Assembly: GCA_026770705.1 (NCBI GenBank)
Contig: JANJGN010000031.1
Location: forward strand, 1,178,001 to 1,242,000
Length of the DNA stretch: 64,000 nucleotides
DNA from: Isurus oxyrinchus
Taxonomy: Eukaryota
Direction of reading: 5' to 3'
Positions 1 through 11,900 of this stretch are shown piece by piece (positions within the stretch are counted from its first letter, which is position 1; every line of letters begins with the position of its first letter). The position numbers were made by a program, and so were the translations under genes. Under the pieces are notes generated by a model, which searched no databases, had not been told where the DNA came from, and saw only the letters and a program-made list of their open reading frames with translations.

Positions 1-145
1 TGCTAACATATTTCAGCAAGTTCTCGTACCTTATAACATGGCCTGTCCAACATTGTTACCTTTTTCTGATGATATTCACTAACCATCTTCACGCTTTATC
101 ATGCTGAGAAATTCTTCATTGTCCTTATGTTCTCTCCATGGAATT

Positions 146-346
146 CATTACCATAGAAGGCTGTGGAGGCCAGGTCATTGAGTGCATTTAAGACCGAGAT
201 AGATAGGTTCTGGATTCGTAAGGGGATCAAAGGTTACGGGGAGAAGGCGGGAGAATGGGAACTTATCAGCCATGATTGAATGGCGGAGCAGACTCGATGG
301 GCCGAATGGCCTAATTTCTGATCCTATGTCTTATGGTCATATGGTC
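146..346 (+). mobile_element. CR1-type LINE 3' fragment
   Basis: aggctgtggaggccaggtcattg...gagatagataggttc...gactcgatgggccgaatggcct ending in a (tatggtc)n tail; same 3' end as the longer CR1 copies in this window. Confidence 0.75.
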
Positions 347-349
347 TAA

Positions 350-850
350 CTGACACTCTCCATCCTGCTCTAGGACCACATTTCACAGCTTATAGCCCTT
401 AGAAGCTCGCTTTTCTCAAGGTCCAATTTCAGCCCCATTTAGCAAAACAAATAAAAACATAATAATGATGATTCACTACTTAACACCTCTACCCATTGAT
501 ATGCTGAGCAAATGTTTGGAGAACACATTCTTTTTCATCGCTGTTCCAGCTCCAATTTATTTATGAAAAGGTGCTTCCCAGGTACTTACTTTGTGATACC
601 ACTGATCTTGACCTCTACTTTCACATAATTATTTCTTCAAAATCTCATAACGTTCTTATTTATGTTGAGTTTCATTCCTTCATCTTTCACCACTTTATTC
701 ATTCTATCCATTACTAACTGCAGATCATTTGCTGAGCTAGCCACGGCGGCCTTATGGGCTGCAAAACTCACCACCTTAACAATTGACCTCCTATTTCGAA
801 TACACTCTGTACTTCCAAAAGGTGTTAGATGAAATGTCACATACAAACCT
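350..850 (-). mobile_element. decayed non-LTR retrotransposon RT fragment (RTE-like)
   Basis: minus-strand translation DLQLVMDRMNKVVKDEGMKLNINK resembles the post-YADD region of LINE reverse transcriptases. Confidence 0.5.
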
Positions 851-1844
851 TGTCATCAAAGTTCAATACCACGGATTAAAAGGGACAGTGGTAGCAGGTC
901 AACGACGTTGGCAGCGTGACGGGAAATAGGGAGAGTGTAGCGAACGGAATCAAAGCCGAAAATGCTGGAAACGCTCAGCAGGCCCGGGATCTTCTTTGGA
1001 GAGAGGAAATAGTTAACATTTTCGAAGCCTTTCATCTGAACCTTTCATTTGACCTCAAACTTTGTCTCTGTTCCTCTCTACATGGATGCTGTCTGATTTG
1101 TTCAATATTCCCAGCATTTTCTACTTTTATTTCAGTATCCGCGGTGCTTTACTTTTGTATCGCTGGGGCAAAAAGTTGTCGGATACCGGCATTTCATCGC
1201 ACATTTCTATACCGTCTTATGTTGCTGTGCCATTTGCGAATAAATAACCGCAAGCGTCACTGGCATCGTTTTTATATCATTCCCTTGTTGAAATACGTTT
1301 CGACCCTCCTTGTCGCAAGCCTGATTTCTGAGGAAGAATACGGCATCTCCCTGTGTCCATCTTAAAACCCCATTAAACGCGAAAAAGAGATTGAACATAA
1401 CATTCTGCTGCCAGCAATCTCACAGAGATAAACACAGGTGGTCATGTTCACATGTCTACCAGGGCTCGTAGTCACAGACCCACAGACGACCCAAATAACA
1501 ACTTACATTTGAAATGGCGTTGTGAACGTGTATAGTCAAAACTTCACAAATTCAGCCAACAATTGACACCGCGTTACACGAGGAAATATTTGTCATCCGA
1601 AACTTGCTCGGCTTTCAGAAGGATCCTAACGGAAGATAGGGAGGTGGAGTCTTTTCAGGAGGAGATTGGAGGACTCATGTTGCAGGTAGAGGAAACAAAG
1701 GGAGGAAATGAAGAAACAATAAATATTATTGAAGCAATAGCGCCACCTACGGCCCGTGTTCCGCAAATGCACTTAACTTCTTTACATGGCTGCGGCCCGG
1801 TTAAATGTCAGTAAACTAAAAGCAAACAACTTAGTCGTTTTAGA

Positions 1845-2065
1845 TTCATTCCCTCATGGAATGCGGACCCAGTTGGCGAGACCAGCATTCATTGCCCATC
1901 CCAAATTGCCCTTGAGAGGGTGGTGGTGAGCTGCCTTCTTGAATCGCTGCAGTCCATGTGGTGGAGGTACACTCACAGTGCTATTAAGGAGGGAAGTACA
2001 GGATTTTGACCCAGCGTCATTGAAGGGACGGCGATATACTTCCAAGTCAAGATGGTGACTTGCCG
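1845..2065 (-). mobile_element. 3' end of an abundant shark LINE/SINE family
   Basis: reverse complement of ttcaagaaggcagctcaccaccacc...aagggcaa...gggatgggcaat; related copies at about 10100-10260, 20160-20345 and 38150-38460. Confidence 0.7.
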
Positions 2066-2339
2066 TTCTCGAATTGTGCATTTATAACGTGACAAATCAT
2101 CTGCAACCGTAGCTCAACAGATCAATGTCAATCAGTTGGAAAGATTCCACTCGTTAGGAGAGGTGTGCCGTTTAGATTATTAGCTCTGGATTAATTGGTA
2201 GTTTGATCACCTTTAGTCAAATGTTGCGATTTCCTGTTACCGCTCCACTTAGTACCAGTACGGTTGGGCCATTTACTGTTGAATGGACACTACTGTGTGA
2301 AAGCTGAGCCGTTTGAGGAGCTGCCCAGGAGGAGCTGTC

Positions 2340-2525
2340 AAAGGGTCAGTACTGAGGGAGTGCTACACTGTCGTAGGGTCAATACTGAGGGAGCGCTGAA
2401 CTGTCAGATGGTCAGTACTGAAGGAGTGCTACACTGTAGGAGGATCAGTACGAAGGGAGTGATTTACTGTCGGACTGTTAGTACTAAGGGAGTCCTGCAC
2501 TGCCGGAGGTGCAGTTCTGAGGAGC
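2340..2525 (+). repeat. 33-bp minisatellite (gggtcagtactgagggagtgctgcactgtcgga)n, about 5-6 units
   Basis: directly visible tandem units; same unit at 16985-17085 and 55900-56910. Confidence 0.85.
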
Positions 2526-3824
2526 TTTGCAATATCGGGGCTGCTTTCTTTTGGATAGCACTTGACAGCGGCTGCCTTCTCGGGTTAGGACATAATGCAT
2601 CCCGTGGGCAATGTTAGAAGGGAAGCAGAATGTGAGGGTGGGGGAAGAGCGGAGGTGATGAGGGTTCCATTAGGTGTCCTGAACCAATAGTAGCCAGTGG
2701 CTCTCCCCCTCTCCTCTTCATTCCATCTCCCCCTCAACAAATCATTCAATCTCGTTCTCCCTCATGTCTTTATCCAGCTTCACCATTAAATACATCAAAG
2801 CTATTCGCTTCAATCACTCCTTGTGGGAGCGAGCTGCACATTCTCAGCGTACTTGCCTAGATAAGTTACTCATGAGCTTCCACTTGCAATTATAGGCGCC
2901 TATTTTATATTTACAGTCCTAGATCCGCTACAAATTGAAGCTTCTTTCATTAGCTTGCCCTACCTATCGGAAAGGCACATAATTATTAAGAACTCTATTA
3001 ACTCACAACCCTCTTCAGGAGAGTCTGGGTCTGCTCTGTTTCTCCTGATAAGTATAACATCTCCTTTCAAATATTGCAAGCACATTCTCCTTGCTTCCAC
3101 ATTCCCTTTGCGAAATAGGTACCATAATTGTCCATATCTTTCTAAATGTGGACCCACATTGCACACAGGTTTAACACAAGTGCTCATAGGTTTATTTTGC
3201 CTTTGGGGCATTTGGAAGCAACAATAGTCTGAGCCGTAATTGCTAAAGAGCAAACGGAAACACACTTAATTTAGTGACTTCACAATCATCTTCCTTTGCC
3301 AACACTTTAGATAAATGTATTCAGTTAAGATCTTCATTATTTGATGAATGCTTCTTGGAACCTATTCAACCCGAAACCTCGCGCTATATTTAGCTGTACA
3401 GCTTACTGAGCATCTAAACAAAGAAATAGCAGATCTTGTGATCTTTTAGTTCAGAGACAGGTGCGTTTTGAAGCGGGACATTTTGAAGAGAAATGAACAG
3501 AAATTAGCACTGCGCCGCACTTCAGCAGCACACCTGGGCAACCAGTGGGCTCCTAATTTTGCAAATATAGGATTCTCAGTGACGGAGCGTCCATGATTTA
3601 CTGTATAAGCTAATTGTGTCTGTTTGAGGGAAAGTGCCGGTTAATTACTGAGATCCAGCGCGTTATAGATATAATGAAGAGAGTGCCGGAGGGGACGAGG
3701 AGAGGACGGAAGAATGGTGGAATAAAGGGAGCAAGGAAGTCAGAAAAGAAGAAAGAAAAGGTGAATCGAAGAAAGGAAGGTTCAATGGGTGATGTCTGCC
3801 TCCTGTTCCAATGTAACATCTCAA

Positions 3825-4450
3825 GAGATGAATGGCCTCCTAATCTTTTCCATCAGAGTTAAGAGGCTGAATGACCGCCAGCTATTCCTGTGTACGAGCC
3901 TCAATAGATGTACTGGCCTGTCTCCGTTCCTATATAATAGGCTCATAACGGCCTAAGTGACCTCCTGCTGTTTCTGTGTAATAGGTGCAAGGGGGTGAAT
4001 GGGCCTCTTTCCGTTCCTGTGTAACCAGCTCGGGGGGGGGGGGGGTGGTGGGAGGGTGGTGAATGACGCCCTCTACTCGATTTTTAACAGGGCTGAGTAG
4101 CCTTAATGGGCCTCCTTCCATTCCTAAATAACTGGTACAAAAAGGAACTTTACTTCGGCGACGGGACAAAGTTAACAGTTTTGGGTAAGTCGACCCTGTT
4201 CCTCCTGTTGACCAAATTGTACGTCAATATGCGGTTAAAAATCGCCAGGGCTTCTGCTTGGATATGAGAGATATAAAGCTAGGAGCTGCTTACATAGGCT
4301 GAACTTTCATTCCTTTCAATACACAACATTGATGTTTGATATAATCGAGGCGTTTAAATAAATTAAACAAGAATGCCCTCTTCCTGCTCCTAGACGAGAA
4401 GATCCAGGGGATGAATGGCCATCAGTTGTAACTGTGTAAGAAGCCCGAGG
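3825..4450 (+). repeat. degenerate ~45-bp tandem array (unit like aacaggctcgaggggctgaatggcctcctcctgttcctgtgt), interrupted by a J-segment copy
   Basis: repeated gaatggcct...ttcctgt motifs on both sides of 4145-4367. Confidence 0.6.
4145..4184 (+). pseudogene. TRBJ: orphan J-beta copy without RSS (ELYFGDGTKLTVL), upstream of D
   Basis: 4145-4367 matches 5937-6159 with no indels and about 9 mismatches in 223 bp; donor gtaagt at 4185; the heptamer and first 8 coding nt of the source J are missing. Confidence 0.9.
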
Positions 4451-4509
4451 CGCTCAATAACGTTCTGCGACGTACCTAAGGTCTTACAAGCTTTCGAAAC
4501 CTCAATCTC

Positions 4510-4578
4510 TAATCACGTAACGGGATGAAGAGGCGGGGCCTTGCACTGTGTGAGTTCGCTTTTTGTATGGGTATAAAT
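4510..4578 (+). promoter_or_regulatory. candidate D-beta germline promoter
   Basis: CRE-like tcacgtaa 4513-4520, GC box gaggcggggc 4530-4539, TATAAA 4572-4577 inside the 5' RSS spacer. Confidence 0.55.
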
Positions 4579-4585
4579 TACCGTG
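4558..4585 (+). other. 5' D 12-RSS
   Basis: nonamer gctttttgt 4558-4566, 12-bp spacer, heptamer taccgtg 4579-4585. Confidence 0.93.
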
Positions 4586-4598
4586 GGGACAGGGGGGA
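4586..4598 (+). CDS. TRBD: TCR beta diversity segment GGGACAGGGGGGA (open in all three frames: GTGG / GQGG / DRG)
   Basis: canonical vertebrate D-beta core GGGACAGGGGG flanked by a 12-RSS and a 23-RSS. Confidence 0.97.
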
Positions 4599-4637
4599 CA
4601 CAGTGATAAAATACAATTCAGTCGCTGTACAAAAACC
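4599..4637 (+). other. 3' D 23-RSS (perfect consensus)
   Basis: heptamer cacagtg 4599-4605, 23-bp spacer, nonamer acaaaaacc 4629-4637. Confidence 0.97.
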
Positions 4638-5059
4638 TCAAGGCACACGCCTATCGGAAGATCAGCAGAAAGGCAGTGACAACATAGCGAAAACTTCAAC
4701 ATTTCATGGGGGTAATGGAGGGAGCATCGTCAAGGGCTTTGGCATTGCCCACCGAGGGCATTTTTATGTAAAATGAAAAGTTTTGTGTCATTTATGAAAA
4801 AAAACGGGTACTCTTCAACCTCCCATCTCTTCAATGCTCTGGCCACTATTTATCTTTCAGCCAAGATAAAACAATGACCTAGTCATTTATCACACTGCTT
4901 TTGATGCGATTCCTTGGTGAAATTCGACTCCTGCGTTACCTATAGTAATCACTCCATAAAAACTATTTCGTTGGGCGTCCTGGTGCCTTTATTGGCGCTG
5001 CACTAATGTCTAAGAGACGATGTTTGAATGGTGTTGATGTAAACCGGCCTGCTGATGTG

Positions 5060-5107
5060 CTGGGACAGCGGCCTACTTCGGGAGAGGCACCAAACTAACG
5101 GTACTAG
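5060..5107 (+). CDS. TRBJ: J-beta segment GTAAYFGRGTKLTVL
   Basis: FGxG motif; RSS tgttgatgt(5032-5040)-12-tgatgtg(5053-5059); phase-1 donor gtaaga at 5108. Confidence 0.92.
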
Positions 5108-5689
5108 GTAAGAAAATAAACTTATTTTTTCTCCAAGTACATGCACAACGATGTGTATTCCAGGCGTCCTGCCAGTCTGGACCACTTAAAAATTCAGGCG
5201 CATGTTGGATCACCAGCGAGAAACGTGCCTATTGTGAATGCATCTGTTTGCGCTTTGGTTCAACAGTTAATCCCTGGGACGGAGCTAATATTCCTGTTTA
5301 TTCGCCAGCAATAATAAGTCGTTCTATGTAAAGCCAGAATACTTAGAGATCGCTGCACCAATTGGTTTAATATGAGTGTTGAATCGACCATACAATGAAT
5401 AGAAATATCACTCGTGACTAATCGATAATTCCACTCTTATTTGGTGGTATAGAATTTATAGATCAAAATATGATCCAGAAAGACCAGAATTCAACCTTGC
5501 AGGTCCAGATTGAATCCATAGGATAGAAATAAAACATACAAGTAGGCATAACATTCACTGGTTAACATGGAATCATGTAGACTAGAATGGGCTCCATGCA
5601 ACTGATAACGGATTCATGCAGATTGGATACATGCCAAATGAAAGCAATAGCCGTTTAAAGGCTTTTTGAGGGGATGAGGTGTCACCGTG

Positions 5690-5737
5690 CGACAGATGTG
5701 AATTACTTCGGGCAAGGAACCAAACTAACAGTTCTGG
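5690..5737 (+). CDS. TRBJ: J-beta segment TDVNYFGQGTKLTVL
   Basis: RSS gctttttga(5661-5669)-13-caccgtg(5683-5689); donor gtgagc at 5738. Confidence 0.93.
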
Positions 5738-5928
5738 GTGAGCCTGTGTCTCTTTCATTTCTAGTTTATCTGCCAGGCAGTGATGAATAAGATGTTTAAT
5801 TTTATAAATCGTGCCCCATGAACCATGTGCACTTGCTGCGCGAATGTTTGTCTATTAACGGCGCAAGCTGTCTCACTTGGCAAGGGGCAACCCAGGGGCC
5901 TGTTCATGACTCAGGATTGAGCATCGTG

Positions 5929-5976
5929 CAGGGAATGAACTTTACTTCGGCGACGGGACAAAGTTAACAGTTTTGG
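5929..5976 (+). CDS. TRBJ: J-beta segment GNELYFGDGTKLTVL
   Basis: RSS tgttcatga(5901-5909)-12-catcgtg(5922-5928); donor gtaaga at 5977. Confidence 0.92.
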
Positions 5977-6605
5977 GTAAGACAATCCTGTTCCTCCCAT
6001 TGACCAAATTGTACGCCAATATGCGGTTAAAAATCGCCAGGGCTTATGCTTGGATATGAGAGATATAAAGCTAGGGGCTGCTTACATAGGCTGAACTTTC
6101 ATTCCTTTCAATACACAACATTGATGTTTGATATAATCGAGGCATTTAAATAAATTAAAGCAGTTGGTTGCATGGGCTGAGGGGGATTGCTTCTCTGGCC
6201 GGGGAGGGGGGTGGGTGGGGGAGCCCAGAACAGTTTAAATTAGAGCCAGGCCATTCAAGTGTGATGTCGGAGAGTTCTTCATACAGCATCCAGTGACAAT
6301 CAAAAAATCACTTCCTAAAAAGCTGTTGAGAATACTGAGGGTTTGAAAACTTGCAAATCCTTATAGATAGATTGTAGGTAAGCAGAAGTACTGAGAGTTA
6401 CTGAAACGAGACTGGATGAAGGGTTAAGATACATATCGGCCATTATCTATTTGAATGAGGAACAGGTTTGAAGGGCTGAAAAGCCTACTAATGTACCCCT
6501 GTTCCTACGTCCCTTAATGGTCATTAATTTAATAGAAGATCCGATAAAATAGACCTAACATTCCTGGCTTGAGGTGGATTTTTGCTATAGCCCTGTACCA
6601 TTGTG

Positions 6606-6655
6606 TTCTGCTAGTGAAGCTTACTTCGGAAGTGGGACAAAACTGGTCGTGTTCG
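6606..6655 (+). CDS. TRBJ: J-beta segment SASEAYFGSGTKLVVF
   Basis: RSS gatttttgc(6577-6585)-13-cattgtg(6599-6605); donor gtaagt at 6656. Confidence 0.93.
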
Positions 6656-8016
6656 GTAAGTGAATACATTTCTAATACTGAAGAAAGTTGTTGCAATTCA
6701 TGAATTCATGCGGGGTGGGAGAGGGGGTGAAACTACAGGTAATATCGGTGAATTAATTTCAACACTTCAGCTTACTAAGGCAGAATCGCGACCATTGCAT
6801 TCACCTCACTGTTGGAAATTAGTCTGAGAAAGAACAGAAGGTAGGATCTCCCAAATATGCAGAACAAACAACAATATAGATGCAAACAGAATGGTTTGGT
6901 CAATGAAGACAGAACAGTAAACAGAGGCCACATCTATCAAACTAAAAATGTCAGAATGAACTGTTATTTGCGCACTTTTAGCCTACATATTATAAAGTAA
7001 GTAGCAGAGGCATTAGATACAGTTGAAATATTAACAAGGATGATTGTAGAGCTGAGGGGTTATAACTATCAGGAGAAATTGAACGGGCTGGAGCTCAGGG
7101 GTGACCTGATAAAAATTAGAATGATGGAAGAGGTATCGATGGGACAGATGTAGAGAAGAGCTTTCCACTTGTGGGGAGACCAGAAGTAAGGGATGGGGGC
7201 ATCAATGTAAGATAGCCCCTAATATATCCAATTGGGAATTCCGGAGAAACGTTTTACCCCAGAGAGTGGTGTTAACTCGCTACTACAGAGTTGAGGCGAA
7301 TAGCGTAGATGCATTTAAAGGGGAAACTGTATAAAGGCATGGGCGAGAAAGGCATCGAACGTTATGGAAACTCATATTCCCCACTGACCTGTAACAGTAA
7401 TGAAATAATACCATTTAGAGGCCATGTATTTTAAAGTTACCAATCGAAATCGATAGTGTTCTTGAGCTATGGTATCTGTGCACCCTGAGGCGTTCAAGGG
7501 TTGAATTAACTTTCCTCTTTACACAAAATGATACAGCGGTTAAAAGAGTCACATTTTGACAACAGGCTCCTTCAATGAGATTTGTAATATATTAAGTATC
7601 GGTGATTAAGGGATGGTAAAATTGTTGTGTTTAAGTTGATTGTCAATAGGGGTAGATAGCAATCAGCTATTTGCTCTGGTGTGGTGGGTGCTGAACAAGG
7701 GGGTAAAATCCTAAAAGTAGAGACAGACCGTTCGGGAGTGATGTCAGGAAGCATTTTTTTTCACAAAAGGTCGAGTGGAATTCTGTACTTGGCTCCACCA
7801 GAAAGTTGTTATGACTAGAGGAATTGGGGAGGGTGTTCTCAATTGAAAATTTAAAATGTCTGATTCATTGATTTTTGTTATGCAAGATCATTAAAGATTA
7901 TTGATCAACATGTTCCTAGATCCTATGTGCCTCTGTTGCCCGTTGTTACACATAATCCCCTAGGGACACGAATCGCAAATAGCTGAGGTGTCTTATAACA
8001 GGAATTAACATTTGTG

Positions 8017-8066
8017 CTCTGCTAACATCTATTATTTTGGAGCTGGGACTAAAGTGACTGTTTCTG
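8017..8066 (+). CDS. TRBJ: J-beta segment SANIYYFGAGTKVTVS
   Basis: heptamer atttgtg 8010-8016, weak nonamer tgtcttata at 12-bp spacing; donor gtaaat at 8067. Confidence 0.88.
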
Positions 8067-8104
8067 GTAAATTAAATTTACATAAGTGTAAATTGATATA
8101 TATG

Positions 8105-8245
8105 AATGAATCGTTTTATCAAATATCTACCTGTCTGTCTGCATGCCTGTCTATCTACCTACCTAGCTACCTGTCTGCCCATCTGTCTGTCTGTCTATCT
8201 ATCTATCTGTCTGTCTATCTATCTATCTACTTGCCTACTTGTCTG
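8105..8245 (+). repeat. (TCTA/TCTG)n tetranucleotide microsatellite
   Basis: visible tctatcta/tctgtctg runs. Confidence 0.85.
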
Positions 8246-8294
8246 AACATCTGTACATCACCGCTGTGTTTTGGTACTGTTGCTTAGTATAGTG

Positions 8295-8348
8295 CAAACG
8301 GGTACAACCCTCTGAATTTTGGGGAAGGGTCTAAGTTAACGATTTTAG
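8295..8348 (+). CDS. TRBJ: J-beta segment NGYNPLNFGEGSKLTIL
   Basis: RSS tgttttggt(8267-8275)-12-tatagtg(8288-8294); donor gttagt at 8349. Confidence 0.9.
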
Positions 8349-8663
8349 GTTAGTATGATTCCTTTTTTCCCAATGAAGCAAGAATCGCGTGTTTGAATCA
8401 GAGCTGAATGCCTAATTGAGGAATATAGAGGAAATCTCGTACTAGTCAGGAGTATACCTTAAAACACTGACATACAGGGGCAGATATAGATAGACAGGAG
8501 GTATTGAGAATGCATTTCATTTTAATTGGAATGCATTTAATTCCAAGTCATTTCATGAGTTTGCATTAGCTTGTGGTAATCTCATGTGAACTAAATGTGT
8601 GGGGCAGTGCGTTTTGCCAGGAGGCTGGTGAGGATCGTTTTTGTGAAGTGACATGATGGCGTG

Positions 8664-8720
8664 TGAATAATAGTAATCAACCCTTGCACTTTGGAGATGG
8701 CACTAAGTTAACTGTTGTAG
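8664..8720 (+). CDS. TRBJ: J-beta segment NNSNQPLHFGDGTKLTVV
   Basis: RSS cgtttttgt(8636-8644)-12-tggcgtg(8657-8663); donor gtaagt at 8721. Confidence 0.93.
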
Positions 8721-9589
8721 GTAAGTGAGTTGTTGATCAAGATGTATCAATTTTTTTTCTCAATGTGCATTGAAACACTCGACTAATTTATTCTAATCAA
8801 TTTAAAGCTAAGAGAGACAGTATGAAATTTGGAAAAAGACTAAACATTGTATTAAAGAAGTAGTAATTACAGTAACTACCTGGACATAACGAAAAAGATA
8901 GGCAGGGTTGAAGGGAGAGTGAGAGAGGAATTGGCAATCATATACATAGAACGAATGTAAGGACATAATGAATAAGAGCAGGAGAAAGCCATTCGGGCCT
9001 TCCAGCCTGCTCTGCCAGTCAGAAAGAATATGTCTGACCAGACCTTGACTCAATTCCACCTTACGCCGTGTTCCCCATAATCCTTGACTCTCCTATAGTT
9101 CAAAATCTGTGTAACTCGGCCTTGAATGTATGCAATGGCGCTGCTTCCCAAGCTCTCTGAGTTAGAGAACTACAAAGATTTGTGACTCTGCAAGAAAATA
9201 AGTTCCTCCTCATGTTCGTTTCAAATGGGTAACTGCTCATTCTGAAATTAATCCCCCAGAGTTTTAGATTCCGCACGAGGAGAAACATCCTCTCCCCTGT
9301 CATGCCCTATTCCAAACCGTCTATGGTTTATTAAAATCTCCTCTCATCTTTCCAAACTCCAGATCCAGAGGGAATTTAGACAGCACTGTGGGAGGTTCGG
9401 AAATTAGAGAGATAAAACTTGGAGGGGAGGGGTGGTGGTCAAAGACGACGAGAAAAGGTATAGCAAAGAAGAAGATAAAGTACAGTAGGGCGGGATACAA
9501 CGCACTACAAAATGATCAAACCTTATTCATTAGCGAACATGTACAGAGTTGAAGAGGCACTAGTTTTCTTATAACCGTTTAAATTAGTG

Positions 9590-9641
9590 TCAGGAAGCTA
9601 TGATTATACATTTGGTATTGGTTCAAAACTCATGGTTTTGG
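9590..9641 (+). CDS. TRBJ: J-beta segment SGSYDYTFGIGSKLMVL
   Basis: RSS agttttctt(9562-9570)-12-attagtg(9583-9589); donor gtgagt at 9642. Confidence 0.9.
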
Positions 9642-11844
9642 GTGAGTTATATTGAGTTGACTTGGCACTTCTGATTAAAGTGGTATCAGAGAGAAAAATT
9701 TCAAGAGGACTTATAAAATAGGATGATTGCGGGAAAATATCACATAAAATGGGATTCTAATTATTGGAATTTAGATGGTTAAGGGGCGATTTCGAGATAT
9801 TTAGGGTAAATGATAGGGCAGATAGAGAGAAACTATTTCCATAGATTGGGTATTCGAGAACTCGGGGGTCCGATCGGGAGTGAAATTGGCAAACACTGCC
9901 ACACGCAAAGGCTATGAAAACTAGAGAAGCTGGAACTGTTCTCCTTAGAACAGAATAGGAAAATGGATGTTTTGACTAAGGTCTGGGGAATAACGAAAAC
10001 TCTGGGTGCAGAAAACAATAAGAACAACTTCCATTGGCAGGAGGATCTGTAACCAAAGGAGTCATGTTTTAGGTCACTGGAAATATATCGCGGTTCCTTT
10101 ACCGTCGGCAGTTAAAAATCCTGGAGCTCCTCCCCTAACAGAATTGTCGGTGCATCTAAACCAGATGGAATGCAACGGTTCAAGAAGGCAGCTCACCACC
10201 AACAAGGGCAACTAGGGATGGGCAGCAATTGTTGGCCTAGCCAGCGAAGCCCACAACTTCTGAAAGAATGGAAAAAGAGGGAATTGGCTAAATGCTTGAA
10301 GGGAAAGGTCAGTTTCCTGCGGTTATATATTTAAGAGCAATGGGAAATTGAAAATTAGGAGATCCTTTTGAACTCAGAGTTGCAAGAATTTTGGGGAGCT
10401 TTATCTGAACTTGAAAACGGAGTTTATGAATAGGTTCGAGTGCGATTTGTACGAACTTAGAAACATAGGAACACCAGAGGTGGATTAAACCCCTCCAGCC
10501 TGTTCCGCCATTCAGTAGGATCATGGATGATTTCTGCCCTAAGACCCAATGCCAACCTTTGCTCCACAATCCTGAATAACTTCTGTTGACAAAAACAATA
10601 TCAACCTCAGACTGAAGGTTGCCGACTAATAGTGGATGAATTGTCTTTTGCGGAAGGGAGATCCGAACTTATTCCATCCTTTGCTTGTACAAGTATTTCC
10701 AATTTCACTCCTGAAATGTCCGTCTCTCTTTGTTAGATAGTGCCTCCGAGTAACAGGGTACCCAATTTGGCAAATAGTTTCTCCCCATCTACCCCATCAG
10801 TTCCTCTCAGTATCTTGAAAGAAACCTCTCAACCTTCTAAGTTCCAATGAATAAAACCTTACTTCCTTCAAACTTTCCTGGTAATACATCCATTGAATCC
10901 CAGATGTGATCTGGTAAATCAGCTGCACTCCTTCGAAGGCCAATAAACAATGATGACTGAGAGGCAGAGTGAACTGAAGTGAAATCAGGTACAGAAACAG
11001 ACATAAAGCGAAGGAAAAAACTAATGTGCTGAGGGAGAGAGAGGGAGCGAAGGAGAGAGAGAGAGAGAGAGACAGAGAGGGGGAAAGAGGGAGAGAGGGA
11101 AAGAGAGTGAAACGAAAATCAATGAAAAAAATAAACATTTAAAAAGTCATCTTATTAACACCACTAAGAACAATTTACCACCTGCAGTAATGGAACATAA
11201 TACGTAATAATTGTTAAATTGCTGGGCCAGCAGGATTGATTTTCACTGTGTTAAGAATTGTCAGGTCGTTAAAACGGTAAACAGTTTGTTCATTATAGAC
11301 TTACCTTTATGTTCGGTGTGTCATCAGTGTTGTTTTAAACTGTTGAATAGTCTAATGCAATGGCCTAATACTCTCCAATATTCCAATCATCAATGAGAAT
11401 ATCATAAATCGATATGTACTTTGGAAAGTATACAGATAATAGCACTTCAAGCCTAATAAGCGGGAAAATGCATTGGGATGTCTAATGTAGGATATAAGAA
11501 TGGGAAGTCCTTCTTGACTTTGGCTGAATTCCTAACCAGTGGAAAGATTCATACGAAGAGGACATTTTTAAATTAATGTTAGGCCATTTAGAAGCGAAAT
11601 CAGGAAACACTTTTTCACAGAAATGTAGGGAGAAATCACTCCATCCCACCCTACCGCCCCGCAAAAAGACAGTGGGTGCTCAGGGTCAAGTGTAATTTCA
11701 AGTTTGAGACGGATAGATTTATGATGGGCGAGAGTATCAAGGAATATGAAGAATAGTAGCGAAGGCTAGAGCGCCTGAATAACCTCTTGATTGGTTCAAT
11801 AGGCTGATTGAGTTAAAGGTTTTGTAAAGGTGTGCAGCATAGGG

Positions 11845-11900
11845 TTGCACAAACGCAAAGAAATTATATTTTGCTCAAGGGACCAAAGTTAGAGCTTTGG
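11845..11900 (+). pseudogene. TRBJ: J-beta ORF/pseudogene CTNAKKLYFAQGTKVRAL
   Basis: nonamer aggttttgt 11817-11825 with 12-bp spacer, but heptamer cataggg has lost the essential GTG; FAQG instead of FGxG; donor gtgggt at 11901. Confidence 0.8.

Noticed and set aside
4544-4550. perfect heptamer cactgtg just upstream of the D 5' RSS (second D or alternative RSS?)
   Set aside because: no nonamer-like sequence at 12- or 23-bp spacing
11244-11250. isolated cactgtg in the J region
   Set aside because: no nonamer and no J coding sequence downstream
11411-11440. MYFGKYT J-like words
   Set aside because: no second Gly, no RSS, no splice donor
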